Part shown: piece by piece, positions 26,632-35,602 of the stretch
Layout: every line of letters begins with the position of its first letter
Position numbering within the stretch: the first letter of the stretch is position 1
Origin: an uncultured archaeon
GTDB lineage: Archaea; EX4484-52; B79-G9
DNA: 39,699 nt
Assembly (NCBI GenBank): GCA_965370715.1
Contig: CBDUVQ010000001.1
Coordinates: 1-39,699 of the forward strand
Direction: 5' to 3'
Notes under the pieces: model-generated
Database searches by the model: none
Told to the model about the DNA's origin: nothing
The model's input: only the letters and a program-made list of their open reading frames with translations
Translations under genes and position numbers: made by a program

Positions 26632-26718
26632 TGGTGCAGGGGAAGGGATTTGAACCCTCGAATGGACTAACCAACCGGGCCCTGAACCCGGCGCCGTTGA
26701 CCGCTTGGCTACCCCTGC
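26632..26718 (-). tRNA. tRNA-Leu (anticodon CAG), intron-less, with a long variable arm and an encoded CCA
   Basis: The reverse complement reads GCAGGGG UA GCCAAGCGGUCAACGGCG CCGGG UUCAGGG CCCGG UUGGUUAGUCCAUUC GAGGG UUCAAAU CCCUU CCCCUGC A CCA. Confidence 0.9.
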
Positions 26719-26954
26719 GTTTTTAATGAGCGAGTCCGAAATTGGTGTGCTCGCCTTACTTTCGGTGCGAGCCATTAAAAAGCTTGAAAAGCCCAACCAA
26801 TTGAACTTGTGGATCTTCATGACCTCAAAAGGGTGCCAATTGCATCATTTTTGAGGCATCGTATAGGGCGTTTGCTTTGTAAATTTAAAACACTTTGGCA
26901 ATCCTGTAAAACTCTTTACATTATTGTTCAAAGAACTAAGAAAAAACTTGGGCT

Positions 26955-27689
26955 CTAGTCCTGTTTGTTTTCGTCATTCTTTTTGGTTTCTCCGAATATC
27001 TGCATGTTATGCATTTTATTGTATTCCTCAAGCCTTCCGATATCAACCCAGTAGTCCTTGAAAGGATAGCCGAACACTTTTTTTCCTGACTCAATAAGTT
27101 TCGGAATTATGTGGTCTGTAAGATTTACAAGTTCCGGCTTTTCTGTCTTAGGTATAAATTCAAAAATTTCAGGCTCAATGCAGAATATCATTGTACCGGC
27201 ATAGTGCTTAAAAGTTGGCTTTTCAGAAAACTTATTTACTGAGGAATCTTCATCAAGCTCGTATATCCCGAACTCAACTTTTCTGGAGTATTCAAACAGG
27301 GCAACAGTCGCAACCCCGCCATGCTCCTTGTGAAACTTAATGAACTTTGTCAGGTCAAGGGTTGTAAGATTGTCTGCTCCCATCAGGATAAATGTTTCTG
27401 TCAGCCTGTCACGGATAAGATTAAGGCACCCTGCTGTTCCAAGAGGCTCTTTTTCCTCAACATAGTCTATTTTCACGCCAAGCTTCGCACCATCGCCAAA
27501 ATAATTCTTTATCTGGTAGCCGAGATACCCGACGCTTATTATAAATTCCGTTATTCCGTGCTGCTTTAGGTACAAAATTACGTTTTCAAGCAAAGGCCTT
27601 TGGCCAACAGGAAGCAGCGGCTTTGGAACAGCATACGTAAGCGGGCGAAGCCTTGTCCCTTTTCCGCCGGCAAGAAGCACTGCAATCAT
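26955..27689 (-). CDS. Sugar-1-phosphate nucleotidylyltransferase (NTP_transferase family)
   Basis: N-terminal MIAVLLAGGKGTRLRPLTYAVPKPLLPV. Trimmed from track ORF end 27743 to Met19. Sugar and nucleotide specificity cannot be determined by eye. Confidence 0.85.
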   Translation of the reverse strand: MIAVLLAGGKGTRLRPLTYAVPKPLLPVGQRPLLENVILYLKQHGITEFIISVGYLGYQIKNYFGDGAKLGVKIDYVEEKEPLGTAGCLNLIRDRLTETFILMGADNLTTLDLTKFIKFHKEHGGVATVALFEYSRKVEFGIYELDEDSSVNKFSEKPTFKHYAGTMIFCIEPEIFEFIPKTEKPELVNLTDHIIPKLIESGKKVFGYPFKDYWVDIGRLEEYNKMHNMQIFGETKKNDENKQD

Positions 27690-27781
27690 GCACTTTTTTA
27701 ATGCGCATAAGATATATGTCTTTGCTTTAATGCATTCGTTCAAAATGAATATTATTTAAAAGTACCTCTTGAAGTCAACTC

Positions 27782-28318
27782 ATGCGCCTAATAAAAATTG
27801 TTGGAACAATCAATACGCATCACGAAAGCGAGGAAATCCTGCGCAAGGCCATGGATGCAGGAGCTTTTAATGCAGCTATAATGTCGCGCGAGATAGCTCT
27901 TGAGGTTTCAGCAGCGCGCCTGAAAAAAGTGCGCGACACACTTCACTCAATGAAGGTGTCTGACATCAAGCTTCGCGAGGAAAGTGCAATAGAATCCACT
28001 GTAAGCCATTCAGGGCACGGGCATGATGCAAAAAAGTTCCTGAAGGTTTCCCTCGCACCGGGTACAAGAGTAACCGGGCTGAAATTTGTTTCATTTATGT
28101 TTTCAGATAAGTTCAGGCGCGAGTCAATAACAGACCCGGCAATTCTCATAAGCAACTTAAAACGGGTAATTTCAGATACACTGAAAAAAATAGGTATGAC
28201 AGATGCCCTGATTTGCGTTGAATTCAAGCAGGTAGTAGAAAATGTAGACTCTGCTGTTGAAAACGCCACAATTAATGCATTAATTGATGCAGACGGCATT
28301 GTGCAGGTAACGATTTAA
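27782..28318 (+). CDS. Hypothetical protein
   Basis: 178-codon ORF that fills the intergenic space. No recognisable motif. Confidence 0.45.
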   Translation: MRLIKIVGTINTHHESEEILRKAMDAGAFNAAIMSREIALEVSAARLKKVRDTLHSMKVSDIKLREESAIESTVSHSGHGHDAKKFLKVSLAPGTRVTGLKFVSFMFSDKFRRESITDPAILISNLKRVISDTLKKIGMTDALICVEFKQVVENVDSAVENATINALIDADGIVQVTI

Positions 28319-28333
28319 TTCATTCAGAAAGAT

Positions 28334-29113
28334 TTATTCCCTTATCAACTCAAGTAATGTAGACAAAATAACATCCGGCTTCTTTTCAGCAGGAAGCGCC
28401 TTGATTTCTGCAAGAGCCTCTCCATTCTCAGGCAGTATTGCGCACTTGAAGCCAGCGCGCCTTGAGAATGCAACATCTATCTCATAGTCGCCGCCAATGA
28501 AAATAACATCTTCAGGGAACATGAAAACGTCCTCAAAGAACCTCTGCTTTATCACATCTCCAGGCATTCCAAGAAGCTTCGGGATTTTGCCTGTAAGTAT
28601 CTCAACTGCCTTTATTATTGGTGCTTCTGCAGGAAACTTTTCATCTCCTGCTACAAAGTACCGCGATATTCCGGTGCAATAAAACGTTGCCCCGTGGTTT
28701 ATCAGGTCTGCCGCGGTCTTGAGCTTGCCATAAGTAAAATTGCGGTCAACAGAGATAATAACATGCTTTGCCTTGTCTGAAATTCCTATTCTTCGTTCCT
28801 CAAGCTCTTTTATGAGCCCGTGCTCACCAATAACGTATACTTCGCTTGCATCTGCTTCTTCAAGAAATCTTGCCGCAGAATAGCCTGCATTGATTATCTG
28901 CTCTTTTTTCACCCTGATGCCAAAATCTGCAAGCTTATCCTTTAGCTCGTTTCGTGAAAGAAGTGTGTTATTTGAAATAAAATATATTTTCTTGTGTTTT
29001 GATACAAGCTTGTCAATTACGTTTTTTGCATTTGCCCGAAGCTCACTCAAACGCCATACTGCGCTGTCAAGATCGAAAACAAATGTACTGAATGTCTGGT
29101 AGTTCAAAAGCAT
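28334..29113 (-). CDS. HAD-superfamily hydrolase, subfamily IIA-like (NagD/sugar-phosphatase type)
   Basis: Motif I FVFDLDSAVW, motif II ISNNT, and motif IV GGDYEIDV. Confidence 0.8.
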   Translation of the reverse strand: MLLNYQTFSTFVFDLDSAVWRLSELRANAKNVIDKLVSKHKKIYFISNNTLLSRNELKDKLADFGIRVKKEQIINAGYSAARFLEEADASEVYVIGEHGLIKELEERRIGISDKAKHVIISVDRNFTYGKLKTAADLINHGATFYCTGISRYFVAGDEKFPAEAPIIKAVEILTGKIPKLLGMPGDVIKQRFFEDVFMFPEDVIFIGGDYEIDVAFSRRAGFKCAILPENGEALAEIKALPAEKKPDVILSTLLELIRE

Positions 29114-29193
29114 AGTTGTTTTTGATGAAAGAGAATTATAAAGCTTGTGCGCACGCGCTTCAGGCTTTTATGTTTTGCCTTCCAACACGGGTT

Positions 29194-30219
29194 ATGGGTG
29201 TAAAAATCAGCGGCCTTGTAACAAAAGATACGATATCGCTTGAGTCTCTTGCAAACAGGACACTTGCAGTTGATGCATTAAATACGCTTTACCAGTTTCT
29301 GTCCATAATAAGGCAGTACGACGGCACACCGCTCAAGGACACTCACGGAAACATAACAAGCCACCTGTCAGGTCTTTTTTATCGCTCAATCAACCAGATG
29401 TCTGCCGGAGTGCACTTGGTTTATGTCTTTGATGGCAAAGCGCCGGATTTAAAGACAACAACGACAAATAAACGCAGGGCTGTAAGAAAAGAAGCAAAAG
29501 AGAAGTGGCAGGAAGCGCTGGAAAAGGGCGACCTTGGCGAAGCAAAAAAGTACGCTCAGGCCTCCGTGGAAATGACTGATGATATAATTGCAGAATCAAA
29601 GGAACTTCTTGCAGCACTTGGTATTCCTGTTGTGCAGGCGCCAAGCGAGGGCGAGGCGCAGGCGTCATATATGGCAAAAAAAGGAGATGTTTATGCTGTT
29701 GCGTCAAGTGATCTGGACTCTATTCTTTTTGGTGCGCCCCGGCTTATTCGAAATCTCAACATCACAGGACGAAGGAAGATTCCCGGAACCGGCGCATACC
29801 GCGATGTTGTTCCTGAAATCCTGTCCTGCGACAAAATACTGAAAGAGTTAGGCATAACACATGAACAGCTAATAAATCTTGGCATTCTTATCGGAACAGA
29901 TTACAATCCCGGCGGCATAAAGGGCATTGGCCCAAAGACTGCGCTAAAACTCGTGCGCAAGCACCCGAAGTTTGATGACCTTATGGCTAATGTGAAATGG
30001 GAGTTTGAAGTAAGCCCTGAAAAGATACGGGATTTTTTCATCAACCCGCCTGTGACAGATGAGTATTCTTTAGAGCAGGGTGTGCCTGACATAGAAAAAG
30101 TCAAAAAAATACTTTGCGGGCGCCATGAGTTCTCAGGCGAGCGCGTTGATAATACATTCAAAAAATTGCTTGAGTTAGACGAGAAAAAGAAGCAAACGAC
30201 CTTGGGAAAGTGGGGTTGA
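29194..30219 (+). CDS. fen: Flap endonuclease 1 (FEN-1)
   Basis: MGVKISGL...AVDALNTLYQFLS, VYVFDG, SEGEAQASYM, SSDLDSILFGAP, GTDYNPGGIKGIGPKTALKL, and the C-terminal PIP-like QTTLGKWG. Trimmed to the ATG at 29194. Confidence 0.9.
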   Translation: MGVKISGLVTKDTISLESLANRTLAVDALNTLYQFLSIIRQYDGTPLKDTHGNITSHLSGLFYRSINQMSAGVHLVYVFDGKAPDLKTTTTNKRRAVRKEAKEKWQEALEKGDLGEAKKYAQASVEMTDDIIAESKELLAALGIPVVQAPSEGEAQASYMAKKGDVYAVASSDLDSILFGAPRLIRNLNITGRRKIPGTGAYRDVVPEILSCDKILKELGITHEQLINLGILIGTDYNPGGIKGIGPKTALKLVRKHPKFDDLMANVKWEFEVSPEKIRDFFINPPVTDEYSLEQGVPDIEKVKKILCGRHEFSGERVDNTFKKLLELDEKKKQTTLGKWG

Positions 30220-30221
30220 AT

Positions 30222-30761
30222 CTAAAAATCTGCACTTTTTTGATTTTTGTGAAATACTGATGCGTCTTGATATAGCTTTTCCGTCATCTGTTTTTCTAAT
30301 TTTCGCGGGTTTATATCTTCCGGAATGTTCTTTAACGAGCTATTTAGTATGCTTTCTGTTGCGTTCAGAAGCTCTAGCGCAAGAGCATCGCAAGTGTCAT
30401 CAGACACATTTCCAAAGTTATGTTTTCCCATAACTTCATCCAAAATATGCACATATGTGCCCGAAATCACACATGCTATATTTTTTTCGTGTCTTTCGCT
30501 TTCGCCTTTAACGCCATTTTCAAGAACGAGTAGTGCGTCCCTAACTCTGCTTGCTAAGCCGTGTTCGGGTCTCTCTCCTGATAAGCTAAACCCATACGCA
30601 CCAACATCCTCAGAGAGCCTGTATAGATCATATGCACGAAGAACCTGCTGATTGCCAGAGTAAATGCTCTGTGCATCACCTGCACTGATGTCTCCTATTG
30701 CCGCAGTCAACCCAAGAGCAAGACCATCCATAATATTTGCAATAGTTTCACAATCACGCAT
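30222..30761 (-). CDS. Hypothetical protein
   Basis: 179-codon ORF convergent with fen. No recognisable motif. Confidence 0.45.
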   Translation of the reverse strand: MRDCETIANIMDGLALGLTAAIGDISAGDAQSIYSGNQQVLRAYDLYRLSEDVGAYGFSLSGERPEHGLASRVRDALLVLENGVKGESERHEKNIACVISGTYVHILDEVMGKHNFGNVSDDTCDALALELLNATESILNSSLKNIPEDINPRKLEKQMTEKLYQDASVFHKNQKSADF

Positions 30762-30794
30762 GTATTCACATCTTTATTACTCTTTAGTAACTAT

Positions 30795-31433
30795 TTAAAT
30801 CTTTCCATCATCGCCTCTCATAGGCACAAACATAAAAGCCCCATGATATGTTGTCAGGTACTCTTTTTCAGAAACCCGCTCTATGAGAGTCATCTCCTGC
30901 ATGAGTCCGGCACCCACCGGAGCAACGAGCTTGCCACCGATTTTCAGCTGTTTTTTCAGGACATCCGGTATTTTATGCGCAGCAGCAGTGATTATTATCC
31001 GGTCATAGGGCGCCTCTTTTTCATACCCTTTTGAGCCATCAAAAAGAAGGGCTTCAACATTCCTGTATTTTTCAAGGTTCTTTTTGCCGAATTCAAAAAC
31101 TTCAGGGACAATCTCTGTTGTTATGACTTTACCCTCTTTCCCGGCAATCTCCGAAAGTATTGCTGCCTGATACCCGCTTCCTGTACCTACCTCGAATACT
31201 TTGTCGCCATCACGCACGCCAAGAAGTTCTGTCATTATCGCGACAGTTGATGGCTGGCTTATTGTCTGCCCTGCCATTATAGGTAAAGGAATGTCGGCAT
31301 AGGCGCGCTTTTTGTATTCAGGCAGCACGAAGTTTTCCCGCGCCACTTTTTCGAATGCACGAATTGCCAAAGGGCTTTTCAGCACCCCCTCGCTTTTCAT
31401 CAAACTGAGCAAAAAGCTTTTTTCCGCGCGCAT
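30795..31433 (-). CDS. pcm: Protein-L-isoaspartate O-methyltransferase
   Basis: GQTISQPSTVAIMTELL, VFEVGTGSGYQAAIL and LKIGGKLVAPVG. Confidence 0.9.
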   Translation of the reverse strand: MRAEKSFLLSLMKSEGVLKSPLAIRAFEKVARENFVLPEYKKRAYADIPLPIMAGQTISQPSTVAIMTELLGVRDGDKVFEVGTGSGYQAAILSEIAGKEGKVITTEIVPEVFEFGKKNLEKYRNVEALLFDGSKGYEKEAPYDRIIITAAAHKIPDVLKKQLKIGGKLVAPVGAGLMQEMTLIERVSEKEYLTTYHGAFMFVPMRGDDGKI

Positions 31434-31483
31434 AAATCAATTTCACATGCAACAAATATATAGCCGGAAAAATACAATATGCT

Positions 31484-32377
31484 TTGATGAAAATTGAGCA
31501 AAAAATCAGGGACATAAAAACCCTGAAAGTACAGGGCGCAGAAAACATTGCAAAGGCCGGTCTTCTCATCCTTCACGACTTTGCACAACAAAGCAAAAGT
31601 GATGATAAGAAGTTCGTGCGCGAGTTTCTCGCGCTCGCGAGAAAAGTTTCTCGCGCGAGGCCAACAGAGCCTGCGCTAAGGCATGAAATATTCTTTGTAA
31701 CAGAAAAAGTAAAGGTCTCCAAAACCCCGAAAAAAGATGCGATACTATTGTGCCGTTTCTACATCAAAAACATTGCATCCGTGAAAAAGAAAATCTCCCT
31801 GTATGGCTCAAGGAAACTAAGAAACAATGACGTCATAATGACGCACTGCCATTCTAACACTGTAATGGCAATATTTCGTGAGGCAAAAAAAAGCGGCAAG
31901 AAGTTTCGTGTCATTGTCACAGAGACGCGCCCGAAAATGCAAGGTGAGCGAACAGCAGCAGACCTTCTGCGAATGCGCGTGCCATTCATTTACGTGGTTG
32001 ACTCTGCAATGGCTCTCTTCATGAAACAGGCAACAAAAGTATTTGTAGGAGCGGACGCGCTGCTTTCAGACGGCTCTATTGTAAACAAGATAGGAACTGA
32101 GGCAACCGCTATTGTCGCAAAGGAATTCCGTGTGCCTGTGTTTTCCGCTGCCGGCACACACAAATTTGATGAAAAGACAATATTCGGTTTTGAAGAACCG
32201 ATAGAGGAACGCGACCCAAAAGAGATATGGAACAACAAAAAAATCAAAATATTGAATCCTGCATTTGACATAACTTCCGCAGATTATGTATCAGAAATTA
32301 TTACAGAGCGCGGTGTTTTTTCGCCGCATGCGCTTGCCGCACTGCTTTCAGGGGAGGCAATAAGCAATGTCCGTTGA
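31484..32377 (+). CDS. e2b2: eIF-2B alpha/beta/delta-family isomerase, most likely ribose-1,5-bisphosphate isomerase
   Basis: Family motifs THCHSNTV, VIVTETRPKMQGERTA, VGADALLSDGSIVNKIGT and NPAFDITSADYVSEIITERG. It shares an operon with form III RuBisCO. MtnA or a true eIF2B subunit cannot be fully excluded by eye. Confidence 0.75.
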   Translation: MMKIEQKIRDIKTLKVQGAENIAKAGLLILHDFAQQSKSDDKKFVREFLALARKVSRARPTEPALRHEIFFVTEKVKVSKTPKKDAILLCRFYIKNIASVKKKISLYGSRKLRNNDVIMTHCHSNTVMAIFREAKKSGKKFRVIVTETRPKMQGERTAADLLRMRVPFIYVVDSAMALFMKQATKVFVGADALLSDGSIVNKIGTEATAIVAKEFRVPVFSAAGTHKFDEKTIFGFEEPIEERDPKEIWNNKKIKILNPAFDITSADYVSEIITERGVFSPHALAALLSGEAISNVR

Positions 32378-32897
32378 GACTGAAGTCAAAATTAAGGTTG
32401 AAGACTTCAACCAAGTAAGAAAGAAGCTTTTAGAACTAGGTGCAAAGAAAGTATCAAAGGTGTTCGAGAAGAACACTTTGTTTGATGATGAGCAAAAAAG
32501 ACTAATAAAAAAAGACTGCCTGCTAAGACTGCGACATGACAAAAAAACAAAAATAACGTACAAAGGACCAAGACAAACGCACGACATGAAAAGCAGGGAA
32601 GAAATTGAGTTTGAAGTAGCAGATATTGCCAAAGCCGAAGTTCTTCTGAACCGGCTTGGGTTCAAAAAAACACTTGTTTATGAAAAAAAGCGCGAGACAT
32701 GGCGCTATAAAAACGTTGAGATTGTGCTTGATGAAATGCCATTTGGAAAATACATGGAAATTGAAGGTGGCAAAAAAGAAATTATCTCTTTCGCAAAGAA
32801 ACTCGGGTTTTCAAAAAAAGAGTTCATCACAAAAACATATTTTGAACTTGCAAAGGAAAAAGGAATAAAAAAAGATATTGTTTTCAAAAAAAGGTGA
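32367..32897 (+). CDS. CYTH-domain protein (triphosphate tunnel metalloenzyme; CyaB-like class IV adenylyl cyclase / triphosphatase family)
   Basis: N-terminal ExExK signature (VETEVKIKV), 176 aa, with the alternating charged beta-strand pattern typical of CYTH. It overlaps the isomerase gene by 11 nt. Its TGA stop is embedded in the AAGGTGA SD of rbcL. Confidence 0.75.
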   Translation: MSVETEVKIKVEDFNQVRKKLLELGAKKVSKVFEKNTLFDDEQKRLIKKDCLLRLRHDKKTKITYKGPRQTHDMKSREEIEFEVADIAKAEVLLNRLGFKKTLVYEKKRETWRYKNVEIVLDEMPFGKYMEIEGGKKEIISFAKKLGFSKKEFITKTYFELAKEKGIKKDIVFKKR

Positions 32898-32901
32898 TTT
32901 T

Positions 32902-34137
32902 ATGAAAGAATTAAGCTATATTGACCTGAAATACAAGCCGACAAAGAAGGATTTGATTGCAAAATACCGCCTTGAGCCAAGCGGGGTTTCATTTGAGGAG
33001 GCGTGCGAGCAGCTCGCAGCAGAGAGCAGCATAGGCACATGGACTGACATTTGTACCATGAGCCCGAAAATTGCAAAAAAGCTCAAGCCACATGTTTTTT
33101 CAATTAACAAAAAAAAGAATCTTGCAGAAATCGCATACCCTGAAGCGCTTTTTGAGCCGGGAAACATGCCCCAGATTTTGTCAAGCATCGCAGGAAACAT
33201 ATTTGGCATGAAAATTGTGAAGAACTTACGCCTTGTCGATGTTTCGTTTTCTGAAAAGCTCGGAAAATCTTTTCAGGGTCCTGCATTCGGAGTGTCCGGA
33301 ATCAGAAAACTCCTTAAAGTAAAAAAGCGCCCTCTTGTCGGCACAATAATAAAGCCAAAGGTTGGGCTTGATGAGAAAGAGCACGCAAAAGTAGCCTATG
33401 ACGCATGGGTTGGTGGGCTGGATATTGTGAAGGATGATGAAAACCTGACAGACATGTCCTTCAACCATTTTGAAAAAAGGGTTATTGAAACCCTCAAGCT
33501 TCGCAACAAGGTAGAAAAAGAGACAGGTGAGAAGAAAATATACATGCCGAATGTCACTGCAGAAACTGATGAGATGCTTCGCAGAGCCAGATTCGTGAAG
33601 AAACACGGCGGCGAATATGTGATGGTCGACATACTGACTCTTGGTTTTTCAGCCCTTCAGACGCTTCGAAAAGCAAACCTTGGTCTTGTACTTCATGCGC
33701 ACCGTGCAATGCACGCAGCGCTCACAAGAAGCGAGCGCCACGGGATATCGATGCTCGTCATTGCAAAGATTGCGCGCCTAATTGGCATGGACCAGCTTCA
33801 TATAGGAACCGCTTATGTCGGAAAGATGTCCGGCAGCGCAGACGAAGTCATTGATATAGAGCGCGCAATCAATGAAAAATCTTTTGGCATAAAGCCTGTT
33901 TTTGCAGTCGCATCAGGCGGCCTTCACCCGGGGCACGTTCCAAAGCTTGCAAAACGCATGGGAACAGACATCATCATGCAGTTTGGAGGGGGTGTGCACG
34001 GGCATCCTGACGGCACACGAGCAGGCGCTGCGGCAGTGAGGCAGGCAGCAGAATCAGTAATGAAAAAAGTTTCAATAAAACAATATGCTAAAACACATAA
34101 AGAGCTTGCAGGCGCGATTGAAAAATGGGGCTGCTGA
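32902..34137 (+). CDS. rbcL: Ribulose-1,5-bisphosphate carboxylase large subunit, archaeal form III type
   Basis: Catalytic positions are readable: ESSIGTWT, AGNIFGM, IIKPKVGL, GGLDIVKDDENL (carbamyl-Lys, Asp and Glu), LHAHRAMHAA, LHIGT..GKMSG, ASGGLHPG and QFGGGVHGHP. There is no small-subunit gene nearby. The start is set at the ATG at 32902, after AAGGTGA. Confidence 0.9.
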   Translation: MKELSYIDLKYKPTKKDLIAKYRLEPSGVSFEEACEQLAAESSIGTWTDICTMSPKIAKKLKPHVFSINKKKNLAEIAYPEALFEPGNMPQILSSIAGNIFGMKIVKNLRLVDVSFSEKLGKSFQGPAFGVSGIRKLLKVKKRPLVGTIIKPKVGLDEKEHAKVAYDAWVGGLDIVKDDENLTDMSFNHFEKRVIETLKLRNKVEKETGEKKIYMPNVTAETDEMLRRARFVKKHGGEYVMVDILTLGFSALQTLRKANLGLVLHAHRAMHAALTRSERHGISMLVIAKIARLIGMDQLHIGTAYVGKMSGSADEVIDIERAINEKSFGIKPVFAVASGGLHPGHVPKLAKRMGTDIIMQFGGGVHGHPDGTRAGAAAVRQAAESVMKKVSIKQYAKTHKELAGAIEKWGC

Positions 34138-34138
34138 G

Positions 34139-35551
34139 TTAGTCCACAACAATTTTTGAGGAAATGTTTTTTGTAATTTTTCCTTTTGAGTCTTTTGCAA
34201 GTATTTTTGCCTGCGGCAGGTGTATTTTTCCGACAACATCCAGTATTGGCTGGATTTTGTATGAAAATACGCGTTCCTCGCCATGCGGGATTTTCCCTAC
34301 TTTCCACACAATATCAGTTCCCGCAGTTCGTTTCTTTACCATTGACGGCTGGACGGTTCCGTATTTTTCAACAACAACAAACGCCGCAGGTACAAGATCC
34401 GAAATCTGAACCTCATCGAGCGTTTTTCTGCTGTTGTTCTTTATCTCAATATGAACTGTATGAACTGCATGCTCTGTCCCTTTGACAACCCTCTTTTTTA
34501 TTCCTGGCTTCTGCACCTCTCTTATGATGATAAACATGATTATTATTGCAAAAGCGACCACCAAAAGATGCATCCAATACATTACTTCATATCGAATAGT
34601 ACAGCTTTCATTCGGCGCAATCTCGCAGTGCCATACAAGCTTTTTCTGCCCGTCAATCCTTTCAACAAGCGGGGCTTTCTCAAAAATGTATGCGCTTCTA
34701 AGGAACGGGCTATCAATCATCACAGTCTCAGTTCCTTTCTCATTGCCGCTGTTTCTTATTGTGATCTCTGTCTCCCGGCCAAGAATCCCGCTCTCTACTG
34801 ACTCGTCTTTTTCAAAGATTGCCTTGGATTCTACGGAAAATGATGTTGTCGCAGTTCCGATTTTGTCCCCAAGCTCATTAATTACCTCAAGGTATGCGCC
34901 ATATATGCCGCTTGCAGAATACCGGTCAAAAAGAAACTCTTCAGTGAATATTCTTTCTTCATCAACTTCAAGAGCGGGAATGTCTATTGTGCGCTCTGCA
35001 CTGGTTGCACCAGACACCCTCATAAGCATGTGGCTTTTCTTTGACGTTGAAGTGCCGGTATTCTTTATTCCTATAAGAATCGTTATTTTTTCACCAATGT
35101 CGTACTTTGACTTTGACGGCTTGAATGTTGTTGTGTTAAGCCCGGACGTTGCAAGAACATACAAGACAACCTCGCTTTGGGTAAAAATATTCTGGTCTGT
35201 CTGGGACACTACATTGAAGTCAAATGTGTATGTGTCCTGGCTAGTGCCATAAGGCGGAGTTATGTAAAATACGACTTCTTCTGTCTTTCCACTTTCAATA
35301 TCAGCAGAAAACGTGTTAATTGTAACCCACGTAGTTTTTGCTCGCGCGCGTACGAATATGTTATATGTGTCTGCAACATCCTGTTTGTTTGTTATGCTAG
35401 CAGTGTATGTTGCTATTTTTCCGGCATAGACCGCGCTGCCGTCAGGAGTAATTGTTACAGAAAGAACATCAGTTTCTGCGCTTGCCATAGAAACCCCGGC
35501 TATCAAAAAGAAAATAACGGCAAATGTAAGACTTATTGACTGCCTGCTCAT
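34139..35551 (-). CDS. Secreted/membrane-anchored protein with CARDB/DUF11-like beta-sandwich repeats
   Basis: Signal peptide MSRQSISLTFAVIFFLIAGVSMASA. Repeated segments of the type TYxxxITNxG...ADTYNIFV. One internal TM helix (LLVVAFAIIIMFIIIREV). Trimmed from track end 35665 because the first 38 codons run through tRNA-Thr. The TATA-like TATTTATAA (35572-35580) lies 25 nt upstream of the ATG. Confidence 0.7.
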   Translation of the reverse strand: MSRQSISLTFAVIFFLIAGVSMASAETDVLSVTITPDGSAVYAGKIATYTASITNKQDVADTYNIFVRARAKTTWVTINTFSADIESGKTEEVVFYITPPYGTSQDTYTFDFNVVSQTDQNIFTQSEVVLYVLATSGLNTTTFKPSKSKYDIGEKITILIGIKNTGTSTSKKSHMLMRVSGATSAERTIDIPALEVDEERIFTEEFLFDRYSASGIYGAYLEVINELGDKIGTATTSFSVESKAIFEKDESVESGILGRETEITIRNSGNEKGTETVMIDSPFLRSAYIFEKAPLVERIDGQKKLVWHCEIAPNESCTIRYEVMYWMHLLVVAFAIIIMFIIIREVQKPGIKKRVVKGTEHAVHTVHIEIKNNSRKTLDEVQISDLVPAAFVVVEKYGTVQPSMVKKRTAGTDIVWKVGKIPHGEERVFSYKIQPILDVVGKIHLPQAKILAKDSKGKITKNISSKIVVD

Positions 35552-35602
35552 AGGCTTATAATGGATTCGTCTATTTATAATAGTTTCTTTCAGAAAATGT
35601 AA

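Noticed and set aside
26345-26820. Track ORFs 26345..26674(-) and 26560..26820(-)
   Set aside because: Both run through tRNA-Leu (26632..26718) and the SAMP-like gene. They are not credible as coding.
26726-26866. 46-codon plus-strand ORF (MSESEIGVLALLSVRAIKKLEK...) in the tRNA-Leu upstream region
   Set aside because: It has no SD or TATA at a suitable distance and no motif. The region is better explained as RNA leader or structure.
32902-34137. Considered whether the RuBisCO homologue is a non-carboxylating RuBisCO-like protein (form IV)
   Set aside because: All residues I could align to the carboxylase active site are present: the KPK pair, the KDDE carbamylation/metal site, HxHRAxH, HIGT..GK and the SGG/GGG phosphate sites. 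It also sits beside an R15P isomerase homologue. Both points fit a bona fide form III enzyme.
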